This document shows positions 1 to 10,099 of a stretch of 64,000 bases of DNA, piece by piece; the first letter of the stretch is position 1; each line of letters opens with the position of its first letter. The notes under the pieces were generated by a model. The model saw only the letters and a list, made by a program, of their open reading frames with translations, ran no database searches and was not told where the DNA came from. Made by a program: the position numbers and the translations under genes. The DNA comes from an uncultured delta proteobacterium (GTDB lineage: Bacteria; Desulfobacterota; Binatia; UBA9968). The stretch spans positions 64,001 to 128,000 of the forward strand of contig CAWDPO010000043.1 in NCBI GenBank assembly GCA_963804165.1, written 5' to 3'.

Positions 1-254
1 ATCTTTAACGATTTGCCCGACGCGTGATCTTTAACCGCTGTCAATTCACTCCGAGAGTCCGCCCCACAATCCACATTGCGAAACAATCTCGGCCGCTTTG
101 ATTTCGCCTCGGTCGATCGCATCCCTTTGGACTTACCGTTGAAACCATTTCTATTAGCCATCCAAGCCGTGCTCCCTTCAATCCTTGAAGCTTTTCGCTT
201 TCTCCTTCGCTCGATCATGCCAGGACTGCAGCTCTTGTTTCACGCAATGTGTAA

Positions 255-752
255 TCACACGTCCAGTTCGTAGCCGGCTCTCGCCAATGCTCGGCGCGCG
301 GCTTCCATGACAAACGGGCTATCGACGTGCGGCAAAACTCTTACTTCCGGTGCTTGTTGCAACCGCCGCAAAATCTCATCTACTTCGGATCTCGCCAGTT
401 CTTCACACGTTTCGTACGTGCCTCCTGGGTCTTCTTCGATCGGGTTATGGAGCTTGAGAATGGAGCGCAAGGCGGCGATCACCCGCGTCGTGGGCGTCGG
501 CACGAGTAACGCCACCAAAGCGCCGTGATCCAGCCGCAGTTTGGACGCGACGGGGAGCGGCTCGCCGCCGCGGATCCGCTGTGCCGCGGGCAGCAGGATC
601 TTTTCCTCCATGCCGATGTGCTTCAGCAAACCCGAGCGGAATTGAGCATAAGCCGAGATATCGATATTTCCCGGGTCGGATATGGCTCGCTCGAGCAAGG
701 CATCGAGGCGATCGTGATCGTCGGCAAGGTAACGGTGGATTATTCCGGGCAT
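255..752 (-). CDS. hemerythrin (HHE cation-binding) domain protein
   Basis: DHDRLD / HIGMEEKILLP / LDHG / HNPIEE: the H...HxxxEE...H...HxxxE pattern. Confidence 0.8.
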   Translation of the reverse strand: MPGIIHRYLADDHDRLDALLERAISDPGNIDISAYAQFRSGLLKHIGMEEKILLPAAQRIRGGEPLPVASKLRLDHGALVALLVPTPTTRVIAALRSILKLHNPIEEDPGGTYETCEELARSEVDEILRRLQQAPEVRVLPHVDSPFVMEAARRALARAGYELDV

Positions 753-991
753 AGAAAGCCTTTGCGATGCTAGCTATATTTCTCTTCTCGCCGCTGCTTC
801 TCCTAAAATCCCAGTCTCAGTTTGAGGTTCTCGCCGATCAATAACGCGTGGGATAGAGAACTTCCTTTTCTGTTTTTGCATGCAACATCGGCGTTTCTGC
901 AAAGCGGGCATGCTCCGGCTTTTTTCTCTATTTGCCACCGCGATTAACTTTTGAAGCGCAGTCTCTCACCTCTTCCCTTGGTGTCGAGCTT

Positions 992-1621
992 TCAATCTTT
1001 GTGCGCCGGCGTTCCTTGCGGCTCAGGATAGTGGCCTTCCGCAGGATTTTTGGCCGCCTCGTAATTTCTTTCGATATAGTGAATAAATTCGACATAAGCT
1101 TTTACATACCGTCGTCCCGCTTCGACGTCATCGCTCTGGAACGTTCTCTTAGCAATCACCTCTTTGAATCGGTCACCGACGCCGTCTTGCACCGCGTCGG
1201 TGAGGATTTTGGTCAAAGCTCTCGCCGAACCGGATTCCAGCGCCTTATCCGCAGCGGGAATAGCCGGCCCAAGATCACGGCCTGCCGGCTTCAGCCCCGT
1301 GTAGGATGCTCCTTCGCCGGCGCGATGGATTCGTATCAGCGTCTCAAAGAAGTAGGTCTCGGCAAGTTCCTTTGCTTGGGGATCGAGTCGGCGCACGGCT
1401 AGAGTCTTCTGAAAGGCCTTCTCAATCTCGGGCTCGTCGCGCTTCTGCACCCAGATCAACACGGGACTCAGGTTGCCTGAATCCAAAGCCTTCTGCGCCG
1501 CCTTCACCACCGGCCCATCCAAACCGTCGCAATGGGCAAAGCTTCTGTCGGATCCAACAAGATCTGCGGTCAATACACTTAAAGCAGCAAAGAACACGAT
1601 TACGATCTTTTTCGTTTTCAT
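992..1621 (-). CDS. secreted DUF6448-like protein with predicted mature N-terminus His-Cys-Asp
   Basis: Signal peptide ending SFA followed by HCDGLDGPVVKAA; FFETLIRIHRAGEGA motif; RBS GGAG. Confidence 0.75.
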   Translation of the reverse strand: MKTKKIVIVFFAALSVLTADLVGSDRSFAHCDGLDGPVVKAAQKALDSGNLSPVLIWVQKRDEPEIEKAFQKTLAVRRLDPQAKELAETYFFETLIRIHRAGEGASYTGLKPAGRDLGPAIPAADKALESGSARALTKILTDAVQDGVGDRFKEVIAKRTFQSDDVEAGRRYVKAYVEFIHYIERNYEAAKNPAEGHYPEPQGTPAHKD

Positions 1622-1762
1622 CTCCTACTCCTGCTTTCCCTCCAGAGCACGGGCTCTCTCAATTGACGCCGTCTCCGTCTGATTTGATAGACTGCTGCTC
1701 CAATCATCTTTCTTCTCTTCTGTTACGTCATTCGCACTCTCTGCTTCCGAGCGTTCCGTGTA

Positions 1763-2389
1763 CTAACGCGTCTTTAGATCTACGTTGAGCGCAAAGACCT
1801 CGCCATCGCGCACGATTTCAACACTGTCGCTTCTGACATCTAGGTTTGGATACCAAATCTCGACGCGCACCTTACCCAAGGGTACGTTTTTGATCTCATA
1901 ATTGCCCCGGCTATCAGTGGTAGAAAAAAAAGGGTGATCTTTCACGACAACGAAGGCTTCCATATTTGGGTGGGCGTTACACAGAATGCGAGAAACGCCG
2001 GCCTTGTCGAATTTTTTACTTCGAGTCTTCCCTGAAGCGTAAAGACCGAGATCGAAATCGTTCGCGCCGCCCTTGGAATACACATTGTGCCAAGACTTGT
2101 CGTTGTTTGGAAAATCAACGGTCTCACCGACCATAATCGCTACCACTGTCGGAACAAACTTAAGGTCGCGTTGATCGATGATTTTTTTCTGCGGCTTGGT
2201 GTGCGACATCTGGGTTTTTATCTGGTCCTTCGAAAGACCTTCTATCGAGACAACCGCATCCGTGGCCGGTTTGCCGCCGATGGTGATCGTGCCCTTAACA
2301 ATGCCCACGCCTGCCGCATCTGCGGCTAGAACCGCCGAAGGGCCGCCGAGAAGCACACCGACAATAATCCACAAAGTCAGCTTTTTCAT
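1763..2389 (-). CDS. secreted cupredoxin-like / carboxypeptidase-regulatory-like domain protein
   Basis: Signal peptide; DQRDLKFVP, FPNND..WHNVYS and CNAHPNM (Cys-x2-His-x2-Met) motifs. Confidence 0.75.
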   Translation of the reverse strand: MKKLTLWIIVGVLLGGPSAVLAADAAGVGIVKGTITIGGKPATDAVVSIEGLSKDQIKTQMSHTKPQKKIIDQRDLKFVPTVVAIMVGETVDFPNNDKSWHNVYSKGGANDFDLGLYASGKTRSKKFDKAGVSRILCNAHPNMEAFVVVKDHPFFSTTDSRGNYEIKNVPLGKVRVEIWYPNLDVRSDSVEIVRDGEVFALNVDLKTR

Positions 2390-3126
2390 TTTTTTACCCC
2401 CGATGACGGTGTGAAAGTGAAATCGACGCTTTGTGCCTTAGCCGGTTTTACTTCGATACGCTTCTCCTGAGTTCCTAGGCTCTCGTGCCAAATTTTCAAT
2501 TGATAGACCCCCGGTGGAACGTCAGTGATCTCGTATTCTCCATAGATGTCGGATACCGCGTGATAGGGATGCTCGGTAACCACGATGTATGCGGCCATCC
2601 AAGGATGGACTTCGCAGCGAATATTGACGATGCCAGCCGCAATCAGTGGTTTTCGGCTAACGCGCCCAGGATAAAGCCCAATATTGAACTGAGGCTGCTC
2701 GTTCGTGAAGAGAGCATGTGCGGTGTGGAGGATCGGATCGGAATTTTTGAAAAGTACGAACTGACCGATGCTCGCCGCTTGCACACGCGGGCCGAAACGA
2801 CACTTAACGTTATCCAACTCGTGGATAGTTTCCTTCTCCACCGCTTTCCCTTTGGCGATACCTTCTAGAGTTACAACCGCATAGCGCAGCCCGTGACCGG
2901 GGCCGACAATCAAACTCTCATTCGGCACATCCCTACAGATCTCCCTGTATTTTGTGATCTGCGGCGGCGTCAACTTCGGCAGCTGACCGTCCACTCTTAC
3001 GGTACCGCGAATCGTCGCTCCGTCTTTCACCGCGATTTCTTCATAGGCGTAAACCGAGATGGGAAAGGCCACCGACAGTAATGCCGCCAAACTCAAGCAG
3101 GCCAACTTTTTTAGTTTAATCTTCAT
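2386..3126 (-). CDS. secreted cupredoxin-like / carboxypeptidase-regulatory-like domain protein
   Basis: Signal peptide; NSDPILHTAH and CEVHPWM motifs; overlaps the next gene (ATGA); start taken at ATG 3126. Confidence 0.75.
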   Translation of the reverse strand: MKIKLKKLACLSLAALLSVAFPISVYAYEEIAVKDGATIRGTVRVDGQLPKLTPPQITKYREICRDVPNESLIVGPGHGLRYAVVTLEGIAKGKAVEKETIHELDNVKCRFGPRVQAASIGQFVLFKNSDPILHTAHALFTNEQPQFNIGLYPGRVSRKPLIAAGIVNIRCEVHPWMAAYIVVTEHPYHAVSDIYGEYEITDVPPGVYQLKIWHESLGTQEKRIEVKPAKAQSVDFTFTPSSGVKK

Positions 3127-3140
3127 GATGATTTCAATCA

Positions 3141-3155
3141 GCAATGCGTATGCCA
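3141..3155 (-). promoter_or_regulatory. sigma-54 (-24/-12) promoter
   Basis: TGGCATA-CGCA-TTGC on the minus strand, immediately upstream of 3126. Confidence 0.75.
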
Positions 3156-3287
3156 GATATACACCATCTTCTCGTGATCTCCTTTTTTGCGATGAGGCAC
3201 ACCCACGGGCTCTCGCAGTTGTAATGCGCGCAGACGAATGAAGCTAACCTATTAACTGCGCCGGCTTTCCTGTCTTTGCGCTCGCCG

Positions 3288-3809
3288 CTATTTTTCAGCC
3301 CCGCCAGCCCCGCTTTTTTTCCACACCACGCGGACGAACTTATTATTATGCCCCCACTTGTAAGCGACCTTTCCACCCCGTGCTTTCTTAATAGAGCGTC
3401 CCAACCGCTGCGCCAGCTTCTCGGTCGTGGTCTGGACCCGCCAGCCACTGTTCGCCGCATCCATGCGCATAATCCGCTCCAGCGGATTTTTCTCCCGCGC
3501 GCGCGACTCTTCGTTGCGCAAGATTCTCGCAATCTCTCCGCGGCTTTCCGCCTCAACGCCGCGCAGAGTCAGCTCACCGCCCGGAAACCTATCCTGAATC
3601 TTCCGGCACGCGGGACAGAAAACAAGATGGCTCTGTATTTGGCTGCTAAATTCACCGGGCGGCGTCAGAGTCCAATGGCGCCGATGGTGAAACGCGCCGC
3701 AGCCACTGCACTGTATGACGCCCTTCGGATCCAGTCGCGGCAGGTACATATCTCTTTCGACATGACCCTTCTTGTACAAGGTGTTGTATTTTTTTGGTGC
3801 TGCTCGCAT
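3288..3809 (-). CDS. BCAM0308-family protein (zinc ribbon, NMD3-like)
   Basis: CSGCGA...CPACRKIQDRFPGG...NPLERIM...TTTEKLAQRLG...VRVVW. Confidence 0.8.
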   Translation of the reverse strand: MRAAPKKYNTLYKKGHVERDMYLPRLDPKGVIQCSGCGAFHHRRHWTLTPPGEFSSQIQSHLVFCPACRKIQDRFPGGELTLRGVEAESRGEIARILRNEESRAREKNPLERIMRMDAANSGWRVQTTTEKLAQRLGRSIKKARGGKVAYKWGHNNKFVRVVWKKSGAGGAEK

Positions 3810-3826
3810 ATATACGCTCCTCGCTA

Positions 3827-4150
3827 TTAAGTTTTCGCCGTCAGCGTGTCCAACCAGGCGCCGAGCGGACCGCGGCCAATTTTTCTGACGATTGCCTCGA
3901 GCTCACCCGGATCCAACCAAATTCCACCGCATTGATGGCAGCGATCGAGCGCGAATCCCTCGAAGGTATAACCCTCCAGCTTGCCGGGACATTTGGGACA
4001 GCTACGCGGTGTTCCAACAGTCTCGACCTTACGAAGTTGACTGCGGAGTTTTTCCAAGACCTCCCGATCTCGCTCCGCAAAGTAAATGTCTTCTTTGGCT
4101 CTCTCGACAAGACGCATAGTATCGCCAAATCGATCCTTTTCATTTTCCAT
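3827..4150 (-). CDS. zf-TFIIB (zinc ribbon) domain protein
   Basis: CPKC...DRCHQCGGIWLDPGEL; RBS GGAGGT before ATG 4150. Confidence 0.8.
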   Translation of the reverse strand: MENEKDRFGDTMRLVERAKEDIYFAERDREVLEKLRSQLRKVETVGTPRSCPKCPGKLEGYTFEGFALDRCHQCGGIWLDPGELEAIVRKIGRGPLGAWLDTLTAKT

Positions 4151-4187
4151 ATATCTCACCTCCACGGCTTTCACCCAGTCAAAGAAC

Positions 4188-4202
4188 GCAGCTTTGATGC
4201 CA
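4188..4202 (-). promoter_or_regulatory. sigma-54 promoter
   Basis: TGGCATC-AAAG-CTGC on the minus strand. Confidence 0.7.
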
Positions 4203-4281
4203 GCAGGCGTACGATCTTATTTACTTTTTGTTGAATTGGGAGAGGAGGATACGCAGGAGAGCGGCGCTGGCATTACCTAAA

Positions 4282-4330
4282 ATTATCAAAATCGCTAAAG
4301 ATCGGCCGCTCGTTTCGTGCCTTTGCGAAA
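4282..4330. promoter_or_regulatory. putative enhancer (UAS) palindrome pair
   Basis: ATTATCA-AAAT-CGCTAAA (4282) and TTTCGTG-CCTT-TGCGAAA (4313), 31-bp offset, between divergent sigma-54 promoters. Confidence 0.55.
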
Positions 4331-4377
4331 TTAGCTCTGGTGACGGAGAGGCTCCGCAGCTTTTCGCGAAGCTCCAC

Positions 4378-4392
4378 GGGCATCTCTTTTGC
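4378..4392 (+). promoter_or_regulatory. sigma-54 promoter
   Basis: GGGCATC-TCTT-TTGC upstream of the cytochrome c gene. Confidence 0.65.
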
Positions 4393-4451
4393 GTTGCTGA
4401 TGATTCAGTTACTTTGCACTAATGGAATGCTTCGACTTGAAAAGGAGGGGG

Positions 4452-4859
4452 ATGAAGATGACGATCAGACTTTTTAGGTGGATCACCGCGGCAGTCGTGC
4501 TGTTTGCACCGATGATGCAATCTTTCGCGGACGAGAATGGCGGTAAAGAAATGTATTTGAAGTATTGCGCCTCCTGCCATGGGAGCCAAGGGAGGGGCGA
4601 CGGCCCGGTCAGTCGCGATTTGAAGGTCAAGGTTCCCGACTTGACGCTATTGCGAAGCAAGAACAAAGGCACTTACCCGCTGGATCGAGTGATGTCTTCG
4701 ATCGACGGCAGTCGCGTCGTGCGCGCGCACGGCGATCGTAACATGCCGGTGTGGGGCGAAGTGTTTAGGAAAGAACACGAAAAACAAAAATATACCGAGT
4801 TGACCTCACTTCTCAAAGCTAAGCTCATCGCCGAATATGTCGGCACATTGCAAAAATAG
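4452..4859 (+). CDS. periplasmic monoheme cytochrome c
   Basis: Signal peptide, CASCH heme motif, HG..MPVWG distal Met; RBS AAGGAGG. Confidence 0.9.
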   Translation: MKMTIRLFRWITAAVVLFAPMMQSFADENGGKEMYLKYCASCHGSQGRGDGPVSRDLKVKVPDLTLLRSKNKGTYPLDRVMSSIDGSRVVRAHGDRNMPVWGEVFRKEHEKQKYTELTSLLKAKLIAEYVGTLQK

Positions 4860-5044
4860 TTTGAAGTCTTTTGCGCTTTGGCTACGGCCCTCGGCTTCGC
4901 AATTTAGTCGGCGAACTCTTCACGATGTTTCATACGGCAGAAGTCTTTTTAATAACGTGACCAGCCCTTACCGAGACAAATATCCGCTCACGCCTAGGTA
5001 TAACGTGGCTGCTGTGGGTTTGGAGAAACTTTGAGAGCTCGGGT

Positions 5045-5863
5045 ATGAGCGAAATTTACGGTTTCGACACTTATTCACCCAAGGAAATCGCCGAACGCGT
5101 TGAGACTATTGGAGTAGCAAAGGCGCGGTTGCCGCTATTGTCGCAGATCATGTTGGGCGTTCTCGCGGGCGGCTTCATCGGCCTGGGGGCGCTTTGCTTC
5201 ACCCTCGTGACCAGCGACACCAGCCTCGGCTTTGCCGCCAGCCGGCTACTTGGCGGTCTGGCTTTCTCGCTGGGTTTGATCCTCGTGGTCGTGGCCGGCG
5301 CGGAGCTTTTTACTGGAAACAATCTTTTGGTAATGGCCTGGGCGAGCAAGCGAATCACCACCGGTGAGTTGTTAGAAAATTGGCTTGTTGTCTACCTGGC
5401 CGATTTCGCCGGCGCCATTGGCCTGGCCTGTCTCGTCTACTTCTCGGGCCATTGGGAAATGAACGACGGAGGGGTCGGTGCTAACATGGTGAAGATCGCT
5501 GCGGCCAAAGCCGCCATACCATTCTGGGAAGCCTTCTTTAAGGGAATACTTTGCAACATCCTAGTCTGTCTCGCGGTGTGGCTCGCGTTGGCCGGACGCA
5601 GTGTAATCGATAAGATCTTCGCGATTATTTTTCCCATCTCGGCATTCGTCGCCGCGGGCTTCGAACATAGCATCGCCAACATGTACTTCATCCCACTCGG
5701 CATTTTAGTCCAAGGACATTTCTCCGCTTCCGGCTCAGCAGCATTAAATTGGACGGGCCTCCTCACCAACCTCATCCCAGTGACGCTGGGGAATATGGTA
5801 GGTGGTGGCGTGATGGTCGCGGCTGTGTATTACCTCGTCTATCGTCATCACGCCGTCGATTGA
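5045..5863 (+). CDS. formate/nitrite transporter (FNT, FocA/NirC family)
   Basis: GAELFTGNN, KGILCNILVCLAVW, GFEHSIANM and LGNMVGG motifs. Confidence 0.95.
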   Translation: MSEIYGFDTYSPKEIAERVETIGVAKARLPLLSQIMLGVLAGGFIGLGALCFTLVTSDTSLGFAASRLLGGLAFSLGLILVVVAGAELFTGNNLLVMAWASKRITTGELLENWLVVYLADFAGAIGLACLVYFSGHWEMNDGGVGANMVKIAAAKAAIPFWEAFFKGILCNILVCLAVWLALAGRSVIDKIFAIIFPISAFVAAGFEHSIANMYFIPLGILVQGHFSASGSAALNWTGLLTNLIPVTLGNMVGGGVMVAAVYYLVYRHHAVD

Positions 5864-5895
5864 AAAATTTTTAGATAGCCCGCCTTGCCCGCTTA

Positions 5896-6366
5896 TCAAG
5901 CGGCTTTAGCCATCGTCCCAGCCCGCTCCCGCCGTGGAACTACCAAGACGGGGCACGGCGCACGTGCCACGACCTTTTCCGCAATGCTGCCCAAAATGAA
6001 GTGGTCGACGCCGGTCCGACCGTGAGTCGACATCACGATCAAATCGACGGCCTCGTCGGCCGCCTTCTCGACGATATTTTTGTGCGATGTGCCAAACTCA
6101 ACTGCGTAACGCACCTCGACCAAGTCGATGCAGTCGGCGAAATTATCGGCAACAAACTTTTCCAACAGCCGCCGGCTCTCTTCCAGCATGTCGTGATAAG
6201 CCGTGACTTTCGGCGGTTTGTCTTTCCACTCGCCACCGACTTCTATGGCGTGGTAAACGACAACTTCGGCGCTCGCATCGCGCGCCATCTCCAAGGCATA
6301 CCGAAGTCCAACCTTCGATATTTCGGAAAGGTCGGTCGGCGCCAATATCTTTTTGACTCTAGTCAT
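5896..6366 (-). CDS. universal stress protein (single domain)
   Basis: ILAPTDLS...MSTHGRTGVDHFILGSIAEKVV...PCPVLVV; RBS GGAGG. Confidence 0.95.
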   Translation of the reverse strand: MTRVKKILAPTDLSEISKVGLRYALEMARDASAEVVVYHAIEVGGEWKDKPPKVTAYHDMLEESRRLLEKFVADNFADCIDLVEVRYAVEFGTSHKNIVEKAADEAVDLIVMSTHGRTGVDHFILGSIAEKVVARAPCPVLVVPRRERAGTMAKAA

Positions 6367-6404
6367 AGGAACCTCCTTCGTTTTCGCTCTCGCTCCTGGG
6401 AGGT

Positions 6405-6908
6405 TCAAGTTTCCTTCAAGCTGTCCTTTAGAAACCCCAGGAGCTCTATGTGCTTTTCCGAATCTCGCATCATGGCATCCAGAAGAATTTTAAAGACGCC
6501 GTGGTAGTAACCGCTGCTCTCTTTCAGGAGCGTCTTGCATTCTTTTATGCCCTCTTTTTCAAGCTCGATAAATTCTTCAGTGCTTGCACGAAGCCGCCCG
6601 TTGAGCATGGCAAGGTCGGCCGTGCCCTCAAGGCTCCCTTCCGGCCTCGTCCAAGTGAGGCTGCCTTTCAGTGTGGCGATCATCGCGTGAATCACTGCAC
6701 GATGCTTCTCCTCATCGGAGATGACAAGCTGCAAGATAAACTTGGTGACCGGATTCGGTAACCCGCCCATGAGTGTCTTGTATTGTTCAATGGACTTTTC
6801 TTCCTTTGCTTCATGAGCTTCAAATTCATTGAGCAACCGCTCGATGGGAGATATTTCCGCCGATGCCTTCGTGCTGAACAGCCCTCCCATTCCATAGATC
6901 TCGTCCAT
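6405..6908 (-). CDS. ferritin-like (rubrerythrin-type four-helix) protein
   Basis: E...Y...SDEEKH and E...RDSEKH diiron-type ExxH repeats. Confidence 0.7.
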   Translation of the reverse strand: MDEIYGMGGLFSTKASAEISPIERLLNEFEAHEAKEEKSIEQYKTLMGGLPNPVTKFILQLVISDEEKHRAVIHAMIATLKGSLTWTRPEGSLEGTADLAMLNGRLRASTEEFIELEKEGIKECKTLLKESSGYYHGVFKILLDAMMRDSEKHIELLGFLKDSLKET

Positions 6909-6997
6909 AACGTCCCCCTTCCCTGCTTCGCTTAATTTCGTTTTGGCACACGAATCATTCTTCCCTGTTGAACCGGTTTCCTGTAACTGTCTCTAGC

Positions 6998-7012
6998 GCA
7001 AAACACATGCCA
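6998..7012 (-). promoter_or_regulatory. sigma-54 promoter
   Basis: TGGCATG-TGTT-TTGC on the minus strand. Confidence 0.8.
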
Positions 7013-7060
7013 TCAAAGAACGGAACAAATACTTGTGATTACACTCGCATTGAAAATTTT

Positions 7061-7108
7061 TCTCTTAGTTGTGAGAACTTTACTTGTTGGTTTCGCAGCT
7101 GTGCGAAT
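7061..7108. promoter_or_regulatory. putative enhancer (UAS) palindrome pair
   Basis: TCTCTTA-GTTG-TGAGAAC (7061) and TTTCGCA-GCTG-TGCGAAT (7091), 30-bp offset. Confidence 0.6.
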
Positions 7109-7216
7109 AAAAATTCGGCGAGGCGCTGCTTTCATTACGATAATTGCGCGCTTGAGCACCGGCACGAAAATCGCTCATGTGAACGATCGTCGGACTAGTC
7201 CGGCTGTTTTTTAGCA

Positions 7217-7231
7217 TGGCGCGCAAATTGG
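7217..7231 (+). promoter_or_regulatory. sigma-54 promoter (variant -12)
   Basis: TGGCGCG-CAAA-TTGG upstream of gap; GG instead of GC at -12. Confidence 0.5.
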
Positions 7232-7355
7232 GGACTCCAGGAGTAGTCGTATAGGCCCAATACGCTCAGTGGCCAAACATTATTATTTCACCAGAGCAGC
7301 TTCGCGATCGCTTTCAACCCGTAACGATCCGCGGCTGCAGTTGAAAGGATCTCTC

Positions 7356-8369
7356 ATGCCAACCAATCTCGCAATCAACGGCTTTGGCCGCATCGGCCGG
7401 CTCGTACTACGTACCCTAATGGCACGCTACAAAACAAATCTCACGGTGATCGCCATCAACGATATGGCCGACTTGAAAACCAATGCCCATTTGTTTCGCT
7501 ACGACTCCACCTACGGAATCTATCCGGGAACAATTGAAACGGGCGATGGTACAATGACTGTCGACGGACGAAAAATCAGCGTACTCAACCAGAAGGATCC
7601 CTCCCGTTTGCCCTGGAAAGAGTTGGGTGTCGACATTGTCATCGAAGCGACCGGCGTTTTTACCGACGCTGCCCAGGTGCGAGCCCATCTAAACGCCGGC
7701 GCGAAAAAAGCGATTGTTACCGCTCCCGCCACTCACGAAGACATTACCGTTGTGCTTGGCGTCAATGACACCGACTACAATCCGCGCAAGCACCATATCG
7801 TCTCCAATGCATCGTGCACGACCAACTGTCTGGCGCCGGTGGCTAAAGTGCTCCACGACAATTTCGGCATTGAGCGCGGTCTCATGACGACTATCCATGC
7901 CTACACCAACGATCAAAGGATTCTTGACTTGATGCATAAAGATCTCCGCCGAGCCCGGGCAGCTGCGATGAATATCGTGCCGACCAGCACCGGTGCCGCA
8001 AAGGCCATCGGCCTTGTCATGCCGGAGTTAAAAGGCAAGCTGCATGGCATCTCGCTGAGAGTACCGACATCAACGGTCTCCGTCGTCGACCTAGTAGTCG
8101 ATCTTAAACATTCGGCAACAATGGAGAATATCAATGAAGCCTTGAAGCAAGCGGCAGAAGGGCCAATGAAGGGCGTCCTTGTCTTTTGCAGCGAGCCGCT
8201 AGTATCCAGTGACTTTCGCGGCAATCCCGCTTCGTCGATTGTCGACGGTCTATCGACGGTAGTGCTTGATGGCAAGATGGCCAAGGTGCTGAGCTGGTAC
8301 GACAACGAGTGGGGTTACAGTTGCCGCGTCGCAGACCTCGCAATGTTGATAGCGGAAAAAGGATTCTAG
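7356..8369 (+). CDS. gap: type I glyceraldehyde-3-phosphate dehydrogenase
   Basis: [21 protein letters not shown] and WYDNEWGYS motifs. Confidence 0.98.
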   Translation: MPTNLAINGFGRIGRLVLRTLMARYKTNLTVIAINDMADLKTNAHLFRYDSTYGIYPGTIETGDGTMTVDGRKISVLNQKDPSRLPWKELGVDIVIEATGVFTDAAQVRAHLNAGAKKAIVTAPATHEDITVVLGVNDTDYNPRKHHIVSNASCTTNCLAPVAKVLHDNFGIERGLMTTIHAYTNDQRILDLMHKDLRRARAAAMNIVPTSTGAAKAIGLVMPELKGKLHGISLRVPTSTVSVVDLVVDLKHSATMENINEALKQAAEGPMKGVLVFCSEPLVSSDFRGNPASSIVDGLSTVVLDGKMAKVLSWYDNEWGYSCRVADLAMLIAEKGF

Positions 8370-8381
8370 GAGGAGCAAGCC

Positions 8382-8771
8382 ATGATAGCGAAGGATTTTA
8401 TGACCCGTGACATCATTACGGTTAGCCCGAGCACCAAAGTTAAGAATTTGGCCATGATCTTGATCAAGAATCAGATCAGCGGTGCCCCCGTCGCAAATAA
8501 AAACGGTAAAATCCTCGGCATCGTTTCGGAAGCGGATATCATTGCCAAAAGAGGCAAAGATGCAAAGGCGATCATGAGTAAAAAAGTAATAAGTATCCGG
8601 CAGGATGCATCCGTGGAAGAGATCGCCCAACTCATGGTGACCCACGCTATCAAACGGTTACCGGTCATGGAGGGCGGCAAGATTATCGGAATCGTCAGCC
8701 GCGCCGACATCGTCAACGCCATCGCGATGGGCGAGCACGTCGCGTGGTACACGCCAATTTACGACTTGTAG
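8382..8771 (+). CDS. CBS domain-pair protein
   Basis: ISGAPV...GIVSEADII and IKRLPV...GIVSRADIV. Confidence 0.93.
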   Translation: MIAKDFMTRDIITVSPSTKVKNLAMILIKNQISGAPVANKNGKILGIVSEADIIAKRGKDAKAIMSKKVISIRQDASVEEIAQLMVTHAIKRLPVMEGGKIIGIVSRADIVNAIAMGEHVAWYTPIYDL

Positions 8772-8944
8772 GATCTTTCTTACAGCGCGGCAGCATCGGC
8801 AAATCCAATTGCTTAGAATCTCATTAAAGGGATCACACGTGCGTTCTTCCGTAAGCGTTCGCGGAGAAGCCTAAGGAAAGCCGCCGCTATATGATCGCGA
8901 TTCAATTGCACCCTTCTATCTATCCCCGGAAATATTTGTGTTGA

Positions 8945-9394
8945 CTAATGATTACTTTTGGGCCTGATCGATAGTACCGGGCAGGTCGCACGTGCGACAA
9001 CTTTGGCCGTCACGCTGCCTAGCATGACTTGGTCAAGGCCCGTGCGCCCATGCGTAGACATGACGACGATGTCGGCGTTTTCCTCTTGGGCTTTTGTCAC
9101 GATCTTATTGTAAGGGACTCCCGCCTCGACCACTTCTGTGATCTTCACTTTGCCTATAAAATCGGCGAAGTTTTCTTTGACAAACCCGCGCAGACGTTCC
9201 TTTTGCTGCGGCACAAGCGCTCCGGCAGGATTCAAAGAATCATCTTTCCCGAACCAGTCACCGTCTTCGCTGATAACGTGATAAACAATTACCTCCGAAC
9301 CCTGCTCTAACCCGATCTCCAATGCATAGCGAACTGCCGGTCGTGATAGCTTGGAAAGATCCGTCGGCGCGAGAATTCTCTTTGGTTTGGTCAC
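8945..9394 (-). CDS. universal stress protein (single domain)
   Basis: ILAPTDLS...MSTHGRTGLDQVMLGSVT; GTG start with RBS GAGGAG. Confidence 0.93.
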   Translation of the reverse strand: MTKPKRILAPTDLSKLSRPAVRYALEIGLEQGSEVIVYHVISEDGDWFGKDDSLNPAGALVPQQKERLRGFVKENFADFIGKVKITEVVEAGVPYNKIVTKAQEENADIVVMSTHGRTGLDQVMLGSVTAKVVARATCPVLSIRPKSNH

Positions 9395-9442
9395 GACAAG
9401 CTCCTCTACTTTGAATCTCCCTAGACTTGGACGAAGAGAAGC

Positions 9443-9457
9443 GCAAAAAATATGCCT
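9443..9457 (-). promoter_or_regulatory. sigma-54 promoter
   Basis: AGGCATA-TTTT-TTGC on the minus strand. Confidence 0.7.
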
Positions 9458-9505
9458 TCATTCTCGCAGCGATTCTCGGTTTCCTTGTTCCCTTGGCTCG
9501 TTTTG

Positions 9506-9554
9506 TTTCGCACCTTTGAAAAAATTTGACCGAACTTTTCTCGTCCTTGGCAAT
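9506..9554. promoter_or_regulatory. putative enhancer (UAS) palindrome pair
   Basis: TTTCGCA-CCTT-TGAAAAA (9506) and TTTCTCG-TCCT-TGGCAAT (9537), 31-bp offset. Confidence 0.65.
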
Positions 9555-9602
9555 AAATCTTCTCAACCGATGAAACTCGCAGGCACATTTAAGCGTAATT
9601 CT

Positions 9603-9617
9603 TGGCACAGACAGTGC
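9603..9617 (+). promoter_or_regulatory. sigma-54 promoter
   Basis: TGGCACA-GACA-GTGC. Confidence 0.75.
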
Positions 9618-9687
9618 ACATACGACTTGTTAGAACTTTAGGACACGACCTATGAATTTCGTAGCATCTATCGGGAGGTACAGTTGG

Positions 9688-10098
9688 ATGAAAGTCGCCG
9701 ATGTCATGAGCAAAGAGCCCCTCACAATCGCAGCCACGGAAACGATCCGGCAGGCCGACGAGCTGATGTCGGAAAACAACATTCGCCAGATCCCGGTCGT
9801 CAACGGTCGAGACCTTGTCGGTATCATTACCGACCGAGACATTCGGTCGTTCCTCAGCGGTTCCTTGCTCGGCGATCCCGAAGCGAGGGAGGAAGCCCTT
9901 GGGACAACGGTCCGCGACGTCATGACCACCGTACCCATATTCGTTTCTCCGAATGACGATCTGGAGGAGGCGGCGGAATTGCTGATCGAGGAAAAGATCG
10001 GCGGAATCCCGGTCGTGGATGAAGTGGAAGGCTTGGTCGGCATCATCACTTACATCGATTTACTGCGCTGCTTTTTGAACCGAATACAGGAGGACTGA
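9688..10098 (+). CDS. CBS domain-pair protein
   Basis: IRQIPVV...GIITDRDI and IGGIPVV...GIITYIDLL; RBS GGAGG. Confidence 0.93.
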   Translation: MKVADVMSKEPLTIAATETIRQADELMSENNIRQIPVVNGRDLVGIITDRDIRSFLSGSLLGDPEAREEALGTTVRDVMTTVPIFVSPNDDLEEAAELLIEEKIGGIPVVDEVEGLVGIITYIDLLRCFLNRIQED

Positions 10099-10099
10099 C

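Noticed and set aside
1-254. Possible gene at the left edge (ORF 76..273 + or an open minus-strand frame)
   Set aside because: No recognisable motif or clear start signal; cannot be supported from this window.
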